The notes: generated by a model not told the origin, from the letters alone. Shown: positions 40,803 through 53,750, numbered from the stretch's first letter. The stretch is DNA of 64,000 nt from Ascoidea asiatica JCM 7603 (GCA_001600695.1 BCKQ01000002.1:2165857-2229856); one strand, 5' to 3'. A program made the numbers and translations.

Positions 40803-43742
40803 TCAATATTTGCTATCAAACATTATTCCTGATCCTTCAAGATCGTGCATTGAACTAAGAAAATCATTTAAAACTTGCTTTTCCTGTTTCTTATCGTTTT
40901 CATCATTATCATTATCATTAGCAGTATCATTCTTATTACTATTGGTTTTTTTATCATCTAAAATTTCTTCCAAATTTACAATTGAGTTAAAAATTAAATT
41001 CTCTAATTCGTAAATTTCATTTATTCCATCATTTGATATGTGGAAATTTTCTAAACTTTTTTCATTATTCAAAATATTTATAGAATTCATTCTTGGTCTA
41101 TTCTGATTTAAAAGTTTCTCTTCCTCCTCCTGTTTTTCATTATCTTTAAGTAGTTTTTTAAGTAATTCTAACATATCTTTTATTATTTCCTTATATCTAT
41201 TTGCAATCAAATTTTTTTTGGAATATTTATCTAAAACATTTATATCCATTTCAATTATTTTATTAATCATTTCTATTTCATATATTTTATTTCCACTATT
41301 ACTTTCATTTCTTCTTAAATAAATATGCTGAATGATATTTAATAAATTATCTAATCCCAATATTAATCCAGGCAAAAATTGAAAATCTATTAAAAGTAAA
41401 GGCTTTATAGGATATATTCCATTATTTAAAAAAAAATTCGAAATCTTTATAACACATCTGGAAGCTTTAATACATAAATTTTTAAAACATTTAACTAATA
41501 AATCAAGTTTTTCACAATTTTTTTCAGATTTATAAGAGTATAATTTAGTTTCTGTTTCTGTAAAATTATTAAGAGAATTTGAAATATAATAATAAAAAAA
41601 TGGTTTTGATAATAATATTATTGCACAAAAATATTCAACATATAGGTAAAATAATGGAATATAATAATAACTTAAAGGTCTATTAAACATATTATTCAGA
41701 CTATATGACCTTGGATTATTATTATATTCATTTAAATCATTAACTAATGATCTAATTGTTAATTCATTTGGAAATTTTATATTCCAGTTTTTCAAATCTT
41801 TAATGAAAATTTTAATTAAATCAACATTTAAATCATTTGAATTTGAATTATAAATATTATCATAAATGTTTCCAGTAATCAAATATAATTTAACTGATTG
41901 ATAAGAAATACTTTCAAAAATTTTATCATTTTTTAGATTATTTAATAAATCTCTATCTTTTTTTAAAATTGTATTGTTATTTAATAATTTTTCATTAATT
42001 AAAGATAATTGAACAAATTTACTATTAATTAATAACGGACGTCCTAAATTAATAGAATACCATCTATCTAAGATATATAATGAATTCCAAATATTAATTC
42101 TATGATTTCTATAATTATTATCACTAAATGAATCATTAATACTTGGAGTATTTAAACCTAAAGATTTTGCAATATTTATTGCAATTGATAAATTAATCCA
42201 AGCAGAATTTTTTTTATCTAATAAAGCATAATAGAAGAAAATTAATAAATTTGCTTCAACTAAAGATAAATTATTATCTTGAATCATTAAATTTAAACCA
42301 TTTTTAAAGAATAATTCATGATGATTGATTTCGGATTGACGAGAGTTATTACAACTATTATTTGAATAATTTGAATCTATAGAATCATTTAAAGTATTAT
42401 TTATAAGATTCGAATCATTTGCAAAAATTGAACCTATAGCCAAAATTAAATATAATAAAGATAAATTTTTTTGTATTGGTAAAACAGGATTATTATAAAT
42501 ATCATTGATTATATTTGAGATTAAGAAATTTTCATTGAATATATAAAATAGATTATTAATATTTTTAAGAAATAGATTAAGTAAATAATTACAATGATCT
42601 CTTAGAGGTAATTGAATTGTAACTATATTTTTTGAAATTACTGGTTTATCAATAATATATAATTTTTTTTGATTGAAAAAATTTGAATATGAATTTAAAT
42701 TTAATTTATTTGAAAAGTTATAATTATTAAAAGTATTATCATTACTAATATTGATTGAATTTAATAAGAAATTTTTAAATAATTTTTTTGAATTATATAA
42801 AAAAGATAATGGAGAAGATTGACCTATATAAATTAGATCAGTTGAATTATTTAACAATAATTTATTATTATCACTTATTTTACTTTGTATGAGAGTGATT
42901 TTATTATTTGTAATTGAAGATTTTCTTGAATCTTTAGATATTTGATCTGATTTACCTATATTATTATTATCTTCGATTATATTATTATTTATATTATTAT
43001 TTATGTTGTTTATATTGGCGCTTATATTTGTATTTGTATTTGTATTGGCGTTTATATTGTTATTTAAAGGAAAATTCAATAGGCGTTTTAAACTTGAAGG
43101 AATATTTGAACTTTCAAAAGTTTCTATATCATTCTGTATATTGTTTTGTATATTATTTTGATTTTGATTCTGATTCTGATTTGAAGTATGATTTGAAATT
43201 TGATTTAAGATTTGATTAGATGTTTTAGGACTTGACTTTTTTTTAATTCCTTTAATATTCTTATTACTTTTTATATTTTTTTTACTATTTTTATTAGTTT
43301 TTATATTATTAATTGAAATGGGAGAAGAATTTTGAATATTATTAATTGATCTTAATTTACTATATCTTAAACTTCTTTTATCTATGATCGAATAAGTACA
43401 ATTTTTTAATTTATTTTTACAATTTACACAAGGTAAAATTCCATCACATTTTTTTTTTCTTGATTTACAAGAATCACAAGCTTTACTTATTCTTCTTCTT
43501 TCAATTATTGAAGCAGAAGTAGATTTTTGTTGTTTTGAAGAGTTTAAAGATAAAGAAGATGATGATAAAGATGATGAGGATGATGATGAGGATGATGATG
43601 TAGGAGTTAAAGAAGTTATAGAATGAGATAAATTCAAAATGGGAGTGGGAGTTAATGGAGATAATGTAGGAGATGGAGATGATAGAGTTGGTGAAGAATC
43701 TGAATTTGAATTTGAATTTGAACTTGAACTTGAACTTGACAT
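40803..43742 (-). CDS. Zn(II)2Cys6 transcription factor with fungal-specific middle homology region
   Basis: ACDSCKSRKKKCDGILPCVNCKNKLKNC; YIGQSSPLSFL; AWINLSIAINIAKSLGL; RINIWNSLYILDRWYSINLGRP. Confidence 0.95.
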   Translation of the reverse strand: MSSSSSSSNSNSNSDSSPTLSSPSPTLSPLTPTPILNLSHSITSLTPTSSSSSSSSSSLSSSSLSLNSSKQQKSTSASIIERRRISKACDSCKSRKKKCDGILPCVNCKNKLKNCTYSIIDKRSLRYSKLRSINNIQNSSPISINNIKTNKNSKKNIKSNKNIKGIKKKSSPKTSNQILNQISNHTSNQNQNQNQNNIQNNIQNDIETFESSNIPSSLKRLLNFPLNNNINANTNTNTNISANINNINNNINNNIIEDNNNIGKSDQISKDSRKSSITNNKITLIQSKISDNNKLLLNNSTDLIYIGQSSPLSFLYNSKKLFKNFLLNSINISNDNTFNNYNFSNKLNLNSYSNFFNQKKLYIIDKPVISKNIVTIQLPLRDHCNYLLNLFLKNINNLFYIFNENFLISNIINDIYNNPVLPIQKNLSLLYLILAIGSIFANDSNLINNTLNDSIDSNYSNNSCNNSRQSEINHHELFFKNGLNLMIQDNNLSLVEANLLIFFYYALLDKKNSAWINLSIAINIAKSLGLNTPSINDSFSDNNYRNHRINIWNSLYILDRWYSINLGRPLLINSKFVQLSLINEKLLNNNTILKKDRDLLNNLKNDKIFESISYQSVKLYLITGNIYDNIYNSNSNDLNVDLIKIFIKDLKNWNIKFPNELTIRSLVNDLNEYNNNPRSYSLNNMFNRPLSYYYIPLFYLYVEYFCAIILLSKPFFYYYISNSLNNFTETETKLYSYKSEKNCEKLDLLVKCFKNLCIKASRCVIKISNFFLNNGIYPIKPLLLIDFQFLPGLILGLDNLLNIIQHIYLRRNESNSGNKIYEIEMINKIIEMDINVLDKYSKKNLIANRYKEIIKDMLELLKKLLKDNEKQEEEEKLLNQNRPRMNSINILNNEKSLENFHISNDGINEIYELENLIFNSIVNLEEILDDKKTNSNKNDTANDNDNDENDKKQEKQVLNDFLSSMHDLEGSGIMFDSKY

Positions 43743-45193
43743 TTCATTTATGATTATATATATAGTTGAATATATATTTATATATATATATATATAGATA
43801 TAGGTAATTGTATATCTATTGATTTTGAAAGATTTCCTTTTTAAAACGAGTAATATAATATTTTAAAGAATTAAAGTAAATAAATAATAATTATATCGAA
43901 TTATATTGAAATATATCAGAAGATGAATGAATGAAATGAAGAAGAAAAGATAAAATAAAATATCTGGGGATATATAAAAAAAATGAACTTTTGATAATAG
44001 TTCATTCAATCTTAGGGTCTTCAAGAAAAAACCAGTAGATTCAAGGTACTATTTACAATTATTTGTTAATAATAAAGAAGGAAAATTGATGGAATAATGA
44101 TGTTTTAATATTCAAAAATGAATAATTCAAAATATTTTAATAGTAGTTTTTTAATAATAAATTTTAGTAGTATATTTTAGTACGGTACTGGCACTGTATG
44201 TTTAATAATAAACTCTCTGTTTCTCAGATCTCAGACTCCAGACAGGCAGGCTCTGTGGTTCGTTCGGTGGATCTGCAACAGATTCCGCGTTGGTTCTGCG
44301 TTGGTTATGTGCTCGTTTTGCACTGTTTCTACGCTGCGCTAAACAAACAAACAAAATAGTGCTAAAACCACACCATGAAACAGCGCAAAACCATTCAAAA
44401 CATTAACATGCGCCACATATACAGTTTTTTAAAACTTTCAGCGCAGCGCAACAGATAATTCAAGGAATTGTGGGGCAGCGCGCGCAGCAGACTCTCGGCA
44501 CAATCATTCGCTCTCGTTGCACTGGCTGGTGATTGCACCGGCTCTCTCGACACTCCAGCACCCGGGCGGTCTCTAGTGACTGCTGTTCACCCCTGTGCAC
44601 TGGTCTCGCTCCGGCCATTTTATGGGCACTGTCTAGCAGTTTGGTGGTGGCTCGGCAGTGGGTCTGTGGTAATGAAGCTATTTCCGGCGTACCCCGCCGG
44701 ACCCCTGACTTCCCACCTCCAGACTGCTCCCGCATGGGGTACCGCCGCCTGCCTGCCGCATTTTGCGTGTGACTTGTTGCCGTGTGTTTCTTCTCTTTTG
44801 GGCTTACCCTGAAGTCGTCTTTGTGTAACAATTAGTTACGTTACTTTACGTAAGGAAAAAAAAGAAGAAGAAACATATTTTGTTTGCAACATTTGAATCA
44901 TTTGAATCATTTGAATCAAAAAACAAAATCGCAAGTTTTCAAAGTATGCTCAGTTCATTAAATCTTCCAATTGGAAAGTATTACGTAATTTGTCATACAA
45001 TATACGATTTTTTGTAACCGAGCAAAAAGGCTCAATAACTATTTACTCGATTATTCCTTTATAATCAAATTATATTCATTTATATTTTATTAAGTGTATT
45101 TATTCTATTAGATCTATATGCTATTAAATATATTCCAATAAACATATTCTATTGAAAAAAATCCATTAGTCGACTTTTTAATTTACAATTTAT

Positions 45194-46279
45194 TTATATT
45201 CCAAATGGATCTTCAACTGGAGGTATCATTGGTTTTGAATCATCTATTTTAATATATCCATTAATTTCTTTTAAATGAAATTGTTTAATTTTTAATAATT
45301 CATAAAGAATTGTTAATGTTGGTACTTCAACATTTAATTTATTTGCAATTTTTATTGGATTACCTAAAATATTTTCAATTTCTAATAAATTTTTATTTCT
45401 TAAATCAATTAACATTGATGGCGTATAAAATGAATAATTTAAAAAATTATAAATCATATGTCTTTTAATAATTTTATCAATTATAATATTTTCATTTTCT
45501 GCAATTTTAATAATTTCATCAATTGATTTTTCAAACAATTTTGTACCTTCTGGAGAAATTAAACATCTTGTTGTATCTAAATTTAAAATTGTACAAATTA
45601 CATTAAATGATGAATTATAAATTAATTTTTCCCATCTTGTTTTTCTGCAATTTGAATCAAATATACAATTTTTTGAATTTTTAGTATTATTATTATATAA
45701 TTCAATAAATTCTTTTGCAGCTTTAATTTGTTTTTCAACTTCTAAATTTTTATTTAAAAAATATCCAACTTTCATTTGATCTGCTCCAGTTTGATTAACT
45801 TTACAATTTTTATTAACTGATCCAATTAATGCAACAACACTTAAAATTATATTTTTTGGAAATTTTTTCAAAAATGGTTCTTCAATATCAATTCCATTTT
45901 GTAATAACATAATAACTGTATTTTCATTTAAAATTCCTTTAGAATTAGAATAATCTTCAATTGAAGGTAATAAATCAACCGATTTTAAATTCAAATCTTC
46001 ATCTGAAATATTCTTTGTTGAAATAATAATATAATCAAATGGTCCCAAATTTAATTCTTTAATTTCTTTAAAATTTTTAACTATATTACTAGGTTTCCAA
46101 CTTTCAAAATTACCTCTATTAATTGAATTAATTGAATATCCTTCAGTTTTTGCCTTTTCATAATCACTTCGTACAATACATGTTACTTCACTTTTACCAG
46201 AAGTTTCTAATGCTAATGCAACTATAATTCCAACTCCTCCACTACCAATTATTAATACTTTACTCTTCTTTTTTTCCAT
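45194..46279 (-). CDS. Ketopantoate reductase (PanE/ApbA) family oxidoreductase
   Basis: IIGSGGVG Rossmann motif; LLQNGIDIE; RWEKLIYN; PSMLIDLRNKNLLEIENILG. Confidence 0.9.
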   Translation of the reverse strand: MEKKKSKVLIIGSGGVGIIVALALETSGKSEVTCIVRSDYEKAKTEGYSINSINRGNFESWKPSNIVKNFKEIKELNLGPFDYIIISTKNISDEDLNLKSVDLLPSIEDYSNSKGILNENTVIMLLQNGIDIEEPFLKKFPKNIILSVVALIGSVNKNCKVNQTGADQMKVGYFLNKNLEVEKQIKAAKEFIELYNNNTKNSKNCIFDSNCRKTRWEKLIYNSSFNVICTILNLDTTRCLISPEGTKLFEKSIDEIIKIAENENIIIDKIIKRHMIYNFLNYSFYTPSMLIDLRNKNLLEIENILGNPIKIANKLNVEVPTLTILYELLKIKQFHLKEINGYIKIDDSKPMIPPVEDPFGI

Positions 46280-47476
46280 TTTTTTTTTTCTTTTCCTATT
46301 TTCTCTTATCTTATCTAATTCTTTTCATATGTCTTTTCTTTATTGATATGATATGATATTATCTTCTCGTATTATATTCTGTCTCTCTTTTCTTTTTATT
46401 TCACTCTCTGATTAGTCATTGAAACCAATAATCTTATCTGAAAATTCACCACCATATCAGTATTAAAGATAAATTAATTTTAACCGAATACGAGGTCTCG
46501 TGATAAAAAGTTACCCTCCCGGTTTTAAAATATTACTTAATGGATTACGTAACTCACAAACACCTGCATGTATACGTTTCTCCCTGCACCTTTCGGCACT
46601 TCCCAAAGTTACCATAGTTCTGTTTCCTCGGATAAACCTCATTCCACTTCCATGCACATACTACCTTTGCTTGCAGCACTGTGCCGCCAGTCTCAAAATT
46701 CAATTGCTTCCATTTTGTTTTTGTTTCTGGTTTTGTGATTTATCCGCCATTTGCACATTCCAACGGTTTTCTTCTAGATTCCTTAATGTTTATTTTTATC
46801 CATTTATATTCACTTTTGTTTATTTGGCATAAAATTTATTATTTACTTTCACTCTATTTCACTCTATTTCACTTTAATTCTCTCTATTCTCTATTCTTAT
46901 TCTTATCATTCTTCTTATTCATATTATTCTTCTCATTCTAATCACTCTAATAACTTCTTTAACGTATTTCTTTTCTTCTTTTTATCTTATTATCTTTTCA
47001 TAATTCTTTAAAGTCTCCCCAATCTTTAATCCTTAATCTTTAATTAACTATAATTATTAAGGAATCTCAGACAATAAAAAAATATAAAAATATTAAAAAG
47101 TAAATTAAAAAAACAGAGTTTTTTTCAAATTATATCAAGACTCTGATTTAATCTTTTTATTATTTTATTCTTTTATCTATTCAAAGAAAATTCTTAATTG
47201 AATTCTAGATGAATTTATTTCAAATTTTATGCATTTTTTAAATTCTTTTATTAAATTTCAAATTCATTTACTCTTTCTCAAACTTATTCATCCATATTAT
47301 AACAATATTTTCTACTATTTTTCAATATATTTCAGTATATCCCAGTATATCTCACTATATTTTAACATATTTCAATATATTCAGTATTACTTTATTTATT
47401 ATATCGAATGGTTAAATACTATATTATTCATATAATTCAATATAATCTAATATAAAGCAAAAATCAATATTCCTCA

Positions 47477-49378
47477 ATGGCACCATTGAATAATCATCCA
47501 TTTATTGGGTTTCATAATATTGATACTGAATATTCAAATGATGATAAAGAAAATATATCAAATTTAAATAATTCAATCTCAAATATAATTTCAAATCCAA
47601 ATAATAAAGATAAAGATAAAGAAAAAGAGAATGATAAAAAAGTTCATAAAATTATTACAAAATCTTATTCTGATTCAAAAAGATACTCAATTAATTCAAT
47701 CACAAGATTAAAACCATTGAATGATTCAAATTTAAAAAACTCTTCGACTTCTTATTCAAAAAAATCTTTTTTGAAATTCGCAACTCCTTTATCGAATAAA
47801 GATAAAGATAATAAAAATAAAATTAAAAATAATAATAACAATAACAATAATAATAGCTTCTCAACTTTAAGATCAAGAAAATCAAAACACTCAACTGATT
47901 CTGATAAACAAATAAAGGAGATTTCAAAAACTACTCAATCCCAATCTCATTCACAAAAAGTAAAATTGAAAGTACAAGATAATAAATCAAAAAATAAGAA
48001 TAATCACAAAAAAGTTAGTAACGATAAGAGTAATGAAAATTATGAAATTCAAATTATTCATAATAATAATCTATCATATAATAATAAACATACACTCAAA
48101 GCTAAAAATTTAACAAAATCTAATAAGAATAATAATAATAAAAAAAATCATAAAAATTGTCAAGAAAAGACTTTAAGATTATTAAAAACTTTATTAGATG
48201 TTTCTTTATCAATAACAACAATTGGAATTTTAGCAATTTATAAATTACAACTTAAATTAGTTTATTTACCATCTTTAAATGATGGTTTGAATAAAATTGA
48301 TACTCCTTTACAATATGATATGCCAAATTATCAAGAAATTAATCTAAAAACAATTGATAATATTTTTTTACAAACATATATTTTAAGACAAAATCCATAT
48401 TCTTTAGATTATAAAAATAAAACTGTAATCATTTGTTGTCCAAATGCTGGTAATATTGGACATTCATTACCAATTGTTAAAATATTTTATCAAAAATTCA
48501 ATTACAATGTTTTGATTTTTTCTTATAGAGGTTATGGTAAATCAACTGGTTCTCCAAATGAATCTGGTTTGAAAATTGATAGTAAAACAATTTTAAATTT
48601 CTTAAATCATGATTATCAATTAAGAAAAAGTAAAATTATTCTATATGGTAGATCAATTGGAGGTGCTGTTGCGATTTATATGGCTTATGTTTCTTCTTTA
48701 ATATTGAAAAATCAACAATTATTAAAACAGGTTAGAAGTAAAACTCATAGTAGAACAAGTAGTAAAAGATACAATTCTTTTAATGCCAATAATAATAATA
48801 ATAAACTTCATGAGCTTATAAATGATAGCAATAATAATAATGACAACGATAGTAACGATGATAATAATGATGATGATAATGATAGTGATGATGACAGTTC
48901 ATTACAATTAAATAATAGTTGCTCTGCTATTGGTTGTATGGATTTCGAAGGTATGTTTTTCTCTAAAACTCATAATCAAAATTTAAATGATGATAATGGA
49001 AATTTGAATAATCAATGCAATGATCTTGAATTGGATGAAGATTTTAAGATTTCAGGTATAATTTTAGAAAATACTTTTTTAAATATTAGAAAAGTTATAC
49101 CACATATCTTCCCAATGCTATCCTATTTATCATTTTTATGTCATCAAGTTTGGCCAAGTGAAAAATATATGAAATTTATTAATAAAGATATACCAATGTT
49201 ATTTTTATCTGGGTTAAAAGATGAAATTGTACCTCCTGAACATATGAAAGAATTATTCAAGATTTCAAATTCAAAAAATAAACAAATTTTTACATTTGAA
49301 AAAGGATATCATAATGACACAATAAATCAAAAGTATTATTGGAAACATGTTTATGATTTTCTTGAAAATGACGTTTAG
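47477..49378 (+). CDS. BEM46: Bem46/ABHD13-family alpha/beta hydrolase
   Basis: QLKLVYLP after a TM segment; PNAGNIGH; SYRGYGKSTGSPNESGL; nucleophile GRSIGG; ILENTF; DEIVP; HNDT. Confidence 0.88.
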   Translation: MAPLNNHPFIGFHNIDTEYSNDDKENISNLNNSISNIISNPNNKDKDKEKENDKKVHKIITKSYSDSKRYSINSITRLKPLNDSNLKNSSTSYSKKSFLKFATPLSNKDKDNKNKIKNNNNNNNNNSFSTLRSRKSKHSTDSDKQIKEISKTTQSQSHSQKVKLKVQDNKSKNKNNHKKVSNDKSNENYEIQIIHNNNLSYNNKHTLKAKNLTKSNKNNNNKKNHKNCQEKTLRLLKTLLDVSLSITTIGILAIYKLQLKLVYLPSLNDGLNKIDTPLQYDMPNYQEINLKTIDNIFLQTYILRQNPYSLDYKNKTVIICCPNAGNIGHSLPIVKIFYQKFNYNVLIFSYRGYGKSTGSPNESGLKIDSKTILNFLNHDYQLRKSKIILYGRSIGGAVAIYMAYVSSLILKNQQLLKQVRSKTHSRTSSKRYNSFNANNNNNKLHELINDSNNNNDNDSNDDNNDDDNDSDDDSSLQLNNSCSAIGCMDFEGMFFSKTHNQNLNDDNGNLNNQCNDLELDEDFKISGIILENTFLNIRKVIPHIFPMLSYLSFLCHQVWPSEKYMKFINKDIPMLFLSGLKDEIVPPEHMKELFKISNSKNKQIFTFEKGYHNDTINQKYYWKHVYDFLENDV

Positions 49379-49963
49379 AAATAGTTGAATTAGATTTGAC
49401 AATGTACTATACGTTTTTTTTTTGTCTTTTCCCTTTTTTTTTGCTTTTTTTTTTGTTTTCATCTTTAAACATTTTAATATTTAGTTTTCTCTTTTTGGTT
49501 TCCTCTTTTTCGGTTTCTCAACTTTTACTTTCTTGAATTCTTGTTACTTTTTGTTTTAAATTTCATTTAAATTGGGCATTTTTAGTTTTTGGTTAAATTT
49601 GATACGTATGATATATATACTTTCATAGAATGTTTTAAATCTTTGTTCTTTTCTTACATATAATTTTTTATATTTTATATTTTCATTACAAAAATATTTG
49701 TGTTTCAAAATTTCAAAAAAGAAAAAGTAGATCTATGATAAAATGCAGTAAAATTCTTTTAATGACGAAGTATTAAAGACATAAAATTAAGTCGAAATAT
49801 ATTTAGGTGAAAAATGATAAAGTTAAATGTTATTTCCTTTATTGAAAAAAAAAAAAAGTGAAAAAAAAAAACTAATGAAAGATTTTTCATTTATTTTTAA
49901 TTGTGTATAATGAAATTTTGAAATCTATTTATGATTCAATGATTAATGTAAAATTCTCATTTA

Positions 49964-51385
49964 TTATTGCAATTCCATACTTGCTCTTGGAGTTATCTTT
50001 TTCTCATTTAAATTTATCATTTCTAAAGTATTTAATAAAGAGCTTGATCTATTTTTTTTCCTTGAATTATTTTCATTATTATTGTTATTTAAGTTTTTAT
50101 TAATATCATTTTTATTAATATTAATTCTTGAATTTTTATTATTTAAACTTGAATTTGAATTGAAGAAAAATTTATAATAAATATATTGAAAACCAATAAA
50201 AATATCTAAAGAAGTTTGAAAAAAAGCAAAAAAAATAAAATAAAAATTAACTTGATTTGTACCGAATAATAAATAAGTTATTTTTATAAAATCTCCACAA
50301 TACCAACTAAATAACATTATAGATTTAAAACCTTTAATTGATTTTAATCTATTTAATAATAAAATTTGAGGTAAAGGTAATAAACTTTCAATTAAAAGAT
50401 TTAAAATTCCAATTAAATTTGAATAAAATTGATTTTTTTTAAATAAATAAGTTAAAAAAAATGAAAAAAATGAAAAAGATATTATAAAATACCAATAACT
50501 TTTAGAATTATCCCATTGCCAAAATTTAAAAGATCTTTTATAATATGGATCAAAGAATCTTAAAAAATTAGTAAAAATTATAAATATTATTAGTATAAAG
50601 AATTTTAAAATATTTGTTAATAAATAAATTGGAATTGAATTTTGAAATGAAAATAAATATGAAGATATTAATGAAGAAAATGAATAAGATAATGAATAAG
50701 ATGATGAAGATTTATTTGATGAAGAAGAAGAAGAATATAATAGCTGTGAATCCATTGAGGTATTATTATTTGATTGAGATGAAGAAGGTAAGATTATTTT
50801 CTCATTTTGATTAGAGTTATTTAAATCATTAATTGATAAGTTATCAATATTTATATTATTATTATTATTATCAATATTGGAAAGTGATTTTGAATTTGAG
50901 TTTGATAAGAATAATTTATTAAATAAAGTTGAAATCTGATAAAATATAGAATTATGATTATGTAAAGAGATTATATTAAAATTATCATTTAAAGTTATTG
51001 GATTTAATTTATAATATAAAGAAATATAAAGTAAAATAATTTGAATAAAAACCATTGAAAAAGATTGTCTTAATAAAGTTTTTTCAAAAGGTTGAATTAA
51101 ATAATAATTTATTCTTAAAATTGCAGATAATAACATTGTACAACAAATATCAATTGAGAAACCAAAAGTTGATTTATTTTTAATTATACTTAATATTGTT
51201 GAACCATAAGAGAATATTGGAGTTATTGACATTATATTATTTATGATAAATTGAAAAGTTAACCATTCAGGTATAACTAAATATAATAAACCAGGTTGTG
51301 GTTTTGAAGTTAATGGAGTTAAATTATTTTGTAGATTATCATTATTATTTACATTTTCTGCCAGTGGAGGTGGATTATCGATCAT
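49964..51385 (-). CDS. ANY1: PQ-loop membrane protein Any1/Cfs1
   Basis: GFSIDICCTMLLSAILRI, LLRQS, FFDPYYKR.FKFWQW, ESLLPLPQI, GFKSIMLFSWYCGDFIKI. Confidence 0.85.
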   Translation of the reverse strand: MIDNPPPLAENVNNNDNLQNNLTPLTSKPQPGLLYLVIPEWLTFQFIINNIMSITPIFSYGSTILSIIKNKSTFGFSIDICCTMLLSAILRINYYLIQPFEKTLLRQSFSMVFIQIILLYISLYYKLNPITLNDNFNIISLHNHNSIFYQISTLFNKLFLSNSNSKSLSNIDNNNNNINIDNLSINDLNNSNQNEKIILPSSSQSNNNTSMDSQLLYSSSSSSNKSSSSYSLSYSFSSLISSYLFSFQNSIPIYLLTNILKFFILIIFIIFTNFLRFFDPYYKRSFKFWQWDNSKSYWYFIISFSFFSFFLTYLFKKNQFYSNLIGILNLLIESLLPLPQILLLNRLKSIKGFKSIMLFSWYCGDFIKITYLLFGTNQVNFYFIFFAFFQTSLDIFIGFQYIYYKFFFNSNSSLNNKNSRININKNDINKNLNNNNNENNSRKKNRSSSLLNTLEMINLNEKKITPRASMELQ

Positions 51386-52379
51386 ATTATTATTGAAATA
51401 TTAATGAGTATTATTGTTTTTTATATTAGAAAGTTTGTTAAAAAAAAAAAATGAATTTAAAGAGATATTTTGAAGAAAATTGATGATAAAGAAAGATTTA
51501 TTAATATGATACAAGAATAGGATATAAATAGTGATGTTTATTTCTCATTTTATTTTATATTTATTTACAGACTCAGTGAGTAAAGTTCGAAATAAATTGA
51601 ATTCTTTATTTATATATTTCTTTATCGATTTTTGATATCTTATTTCTATATTTCTTGATTGTTGATTGATAATTCTATATTTATTTATTTTTATATCTTT
51701 ATACTGTATTTCTAGATTTCTGAATTTCTTTCAGATGATGAATTAGCTGTGATTATTGTAGATGAAAATATGAAGAAGACACCAGAATGTACTATTAAAT
51801 AACTCTGTAATAGTTCTAATGATTTAAAGATGAATATATCAAATAGATGATAATAAATAGAAGATAATAAATAGAAAATAATAAGTAGATAGAAAGTAAA
51901 CAGTAAACAACAGTTACTAAATATTAAATGCCAAATATCTGAGATCTGAGATCAAAGATCAAAATCTAGTTTTATTTTAGACTGGTGAAAAAGTTTATGT
52001 GTAACGTTAACGATCCGGAACGAAAACAGAAAAAGGCACAGGCCAAAAGAGAGCCGGCCGGATCCGCGCGAGCTCGGCTGTGCCTCCGCTGGTATGCTAA
52101 GCCCACCGTGCACGGAATGAGCACACGGAAAACACGCGTCTGTCACGTTATATCTCGAGTCCGATAACAAGGGACTGCTTCCTGTTTGGGAACGACTCCA
52201 ATATTATGGTAGTCTTAATTGAAAAAGCCAATTCTCTGGGTCTCTTTCCTATTTTGGAATTAAAATGAGGTTATACTACTTTTATTTTAACATAAATCAA
52301 TATATATTTGCATATTTGCATATTTGTCTGTTTGTATATTATTGTTTAAAAAAAACAGGCATTCATTAACTTTCATAAC

Positions 52380-53717
52380 TTATTCCAAGGAGTCTTTGAT
52401 TGAATCATCTTCAAAATTATCTATATCCATATCATCAATATTTAAGTTATTTAATTTAGTTAAAACTGAAGATGAAAGTTCATCATTTTTATCTTTATTG
52501 AGATGAATAATATTATCTAAATTTTTTGATTTTATTATATCTTTAAAAATTTCCCAATCTTTTAAATCTTTTATTAATAAACCAATTAACATTGAGGGAT
52601 CTAATTCTTTTAAATGTAATTTTTTAAAAATTTTTGTATGATAAGTTTTAAAATATTCTTCATTATCAATATTATCTTGATTATTATTATTATTATTATT
52701 ATCAATATTTTCAATATTTTCAATATTTTCATAATGTTGAGCAAAATGTGGATTTAAATAAAATAAATAGTTATCTTGAAATCCAATAAAATAAAAACTT
52801 GAACTTGGTTTACCACCTGCAATTCCAATTGAATAATTTTTTAAACTTAATAAAACTTTAATACTATTCCAATAAATTGGATTAATATTATCAATACCTA
52901 ATCTTAAACCAAATAATAATAAAACTGAATTATTTAAGTTAAGTAATTTTAAAATTTCATTTTCATATATATCACCATTATCACTACTTAAATAAACTTT
53001 TAAATTATTTATATTATTATTATTATTATTAACTAAATATTCAATTGATTTTGAAGCAGTTTTTGGTCCAAACCATTCTCCTGGATTTTTATTACTATAT
53101 TTAATAAAATTATGAATTGAGAAATAATTTTCTGGTTTATCATTAAAATAATTAATAATTTTTTTATATTCAATTAAATCATTATTATTTTTATTATTAT
53201 TTTCAATAGAATTACTATTTTGATTATGATTTTGATTTTGATTTTTATTGAATATTAAAGATGATAAAGTAAAATCTCTACCTAATTTTAAAAAAATTAA
53301 TGAATTTGCTAATAAAGATTGTGAAGTTCTTATCATACAACCCCAACCACAATCTGTTATAAAACCATTTTGATTTAAATTATATAAATCAAAATTATAT
53401 ATTGAATTTTTTAAATGTTGACTTAAAGTTATTGAACTTGATAATAATGTATTACTATTATTATTATTATTATTATCATTAATATTATTATTATTCGGAA
53501 GTTCATTATTAAGCTCGGTATTATCTATGGATGATTCTAAATCAGATTCTGAAGTTTTTATATCTTTTTCATTTGAAATTAAAGGAAAATTCATTCTATA
53601 AGTTAATAAAACTTTTGAATAAATATCTTCTATGAATTCTTTTGGCCATTCTTGAGTATTATTATCAGTTAAAGTTAAAAATCTATTAAATGAAGTTAAA
53701 ATATCATTATTATCTTG

Positions 53718-53750
<33 letters not shown>

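Noticed and set aside
44460-44831. Three overlapping ORFs in the GC-rich island
   Set aside because: Expected from stop depletion in GC-rich DNA; codon style unlike host genes; no motifs.
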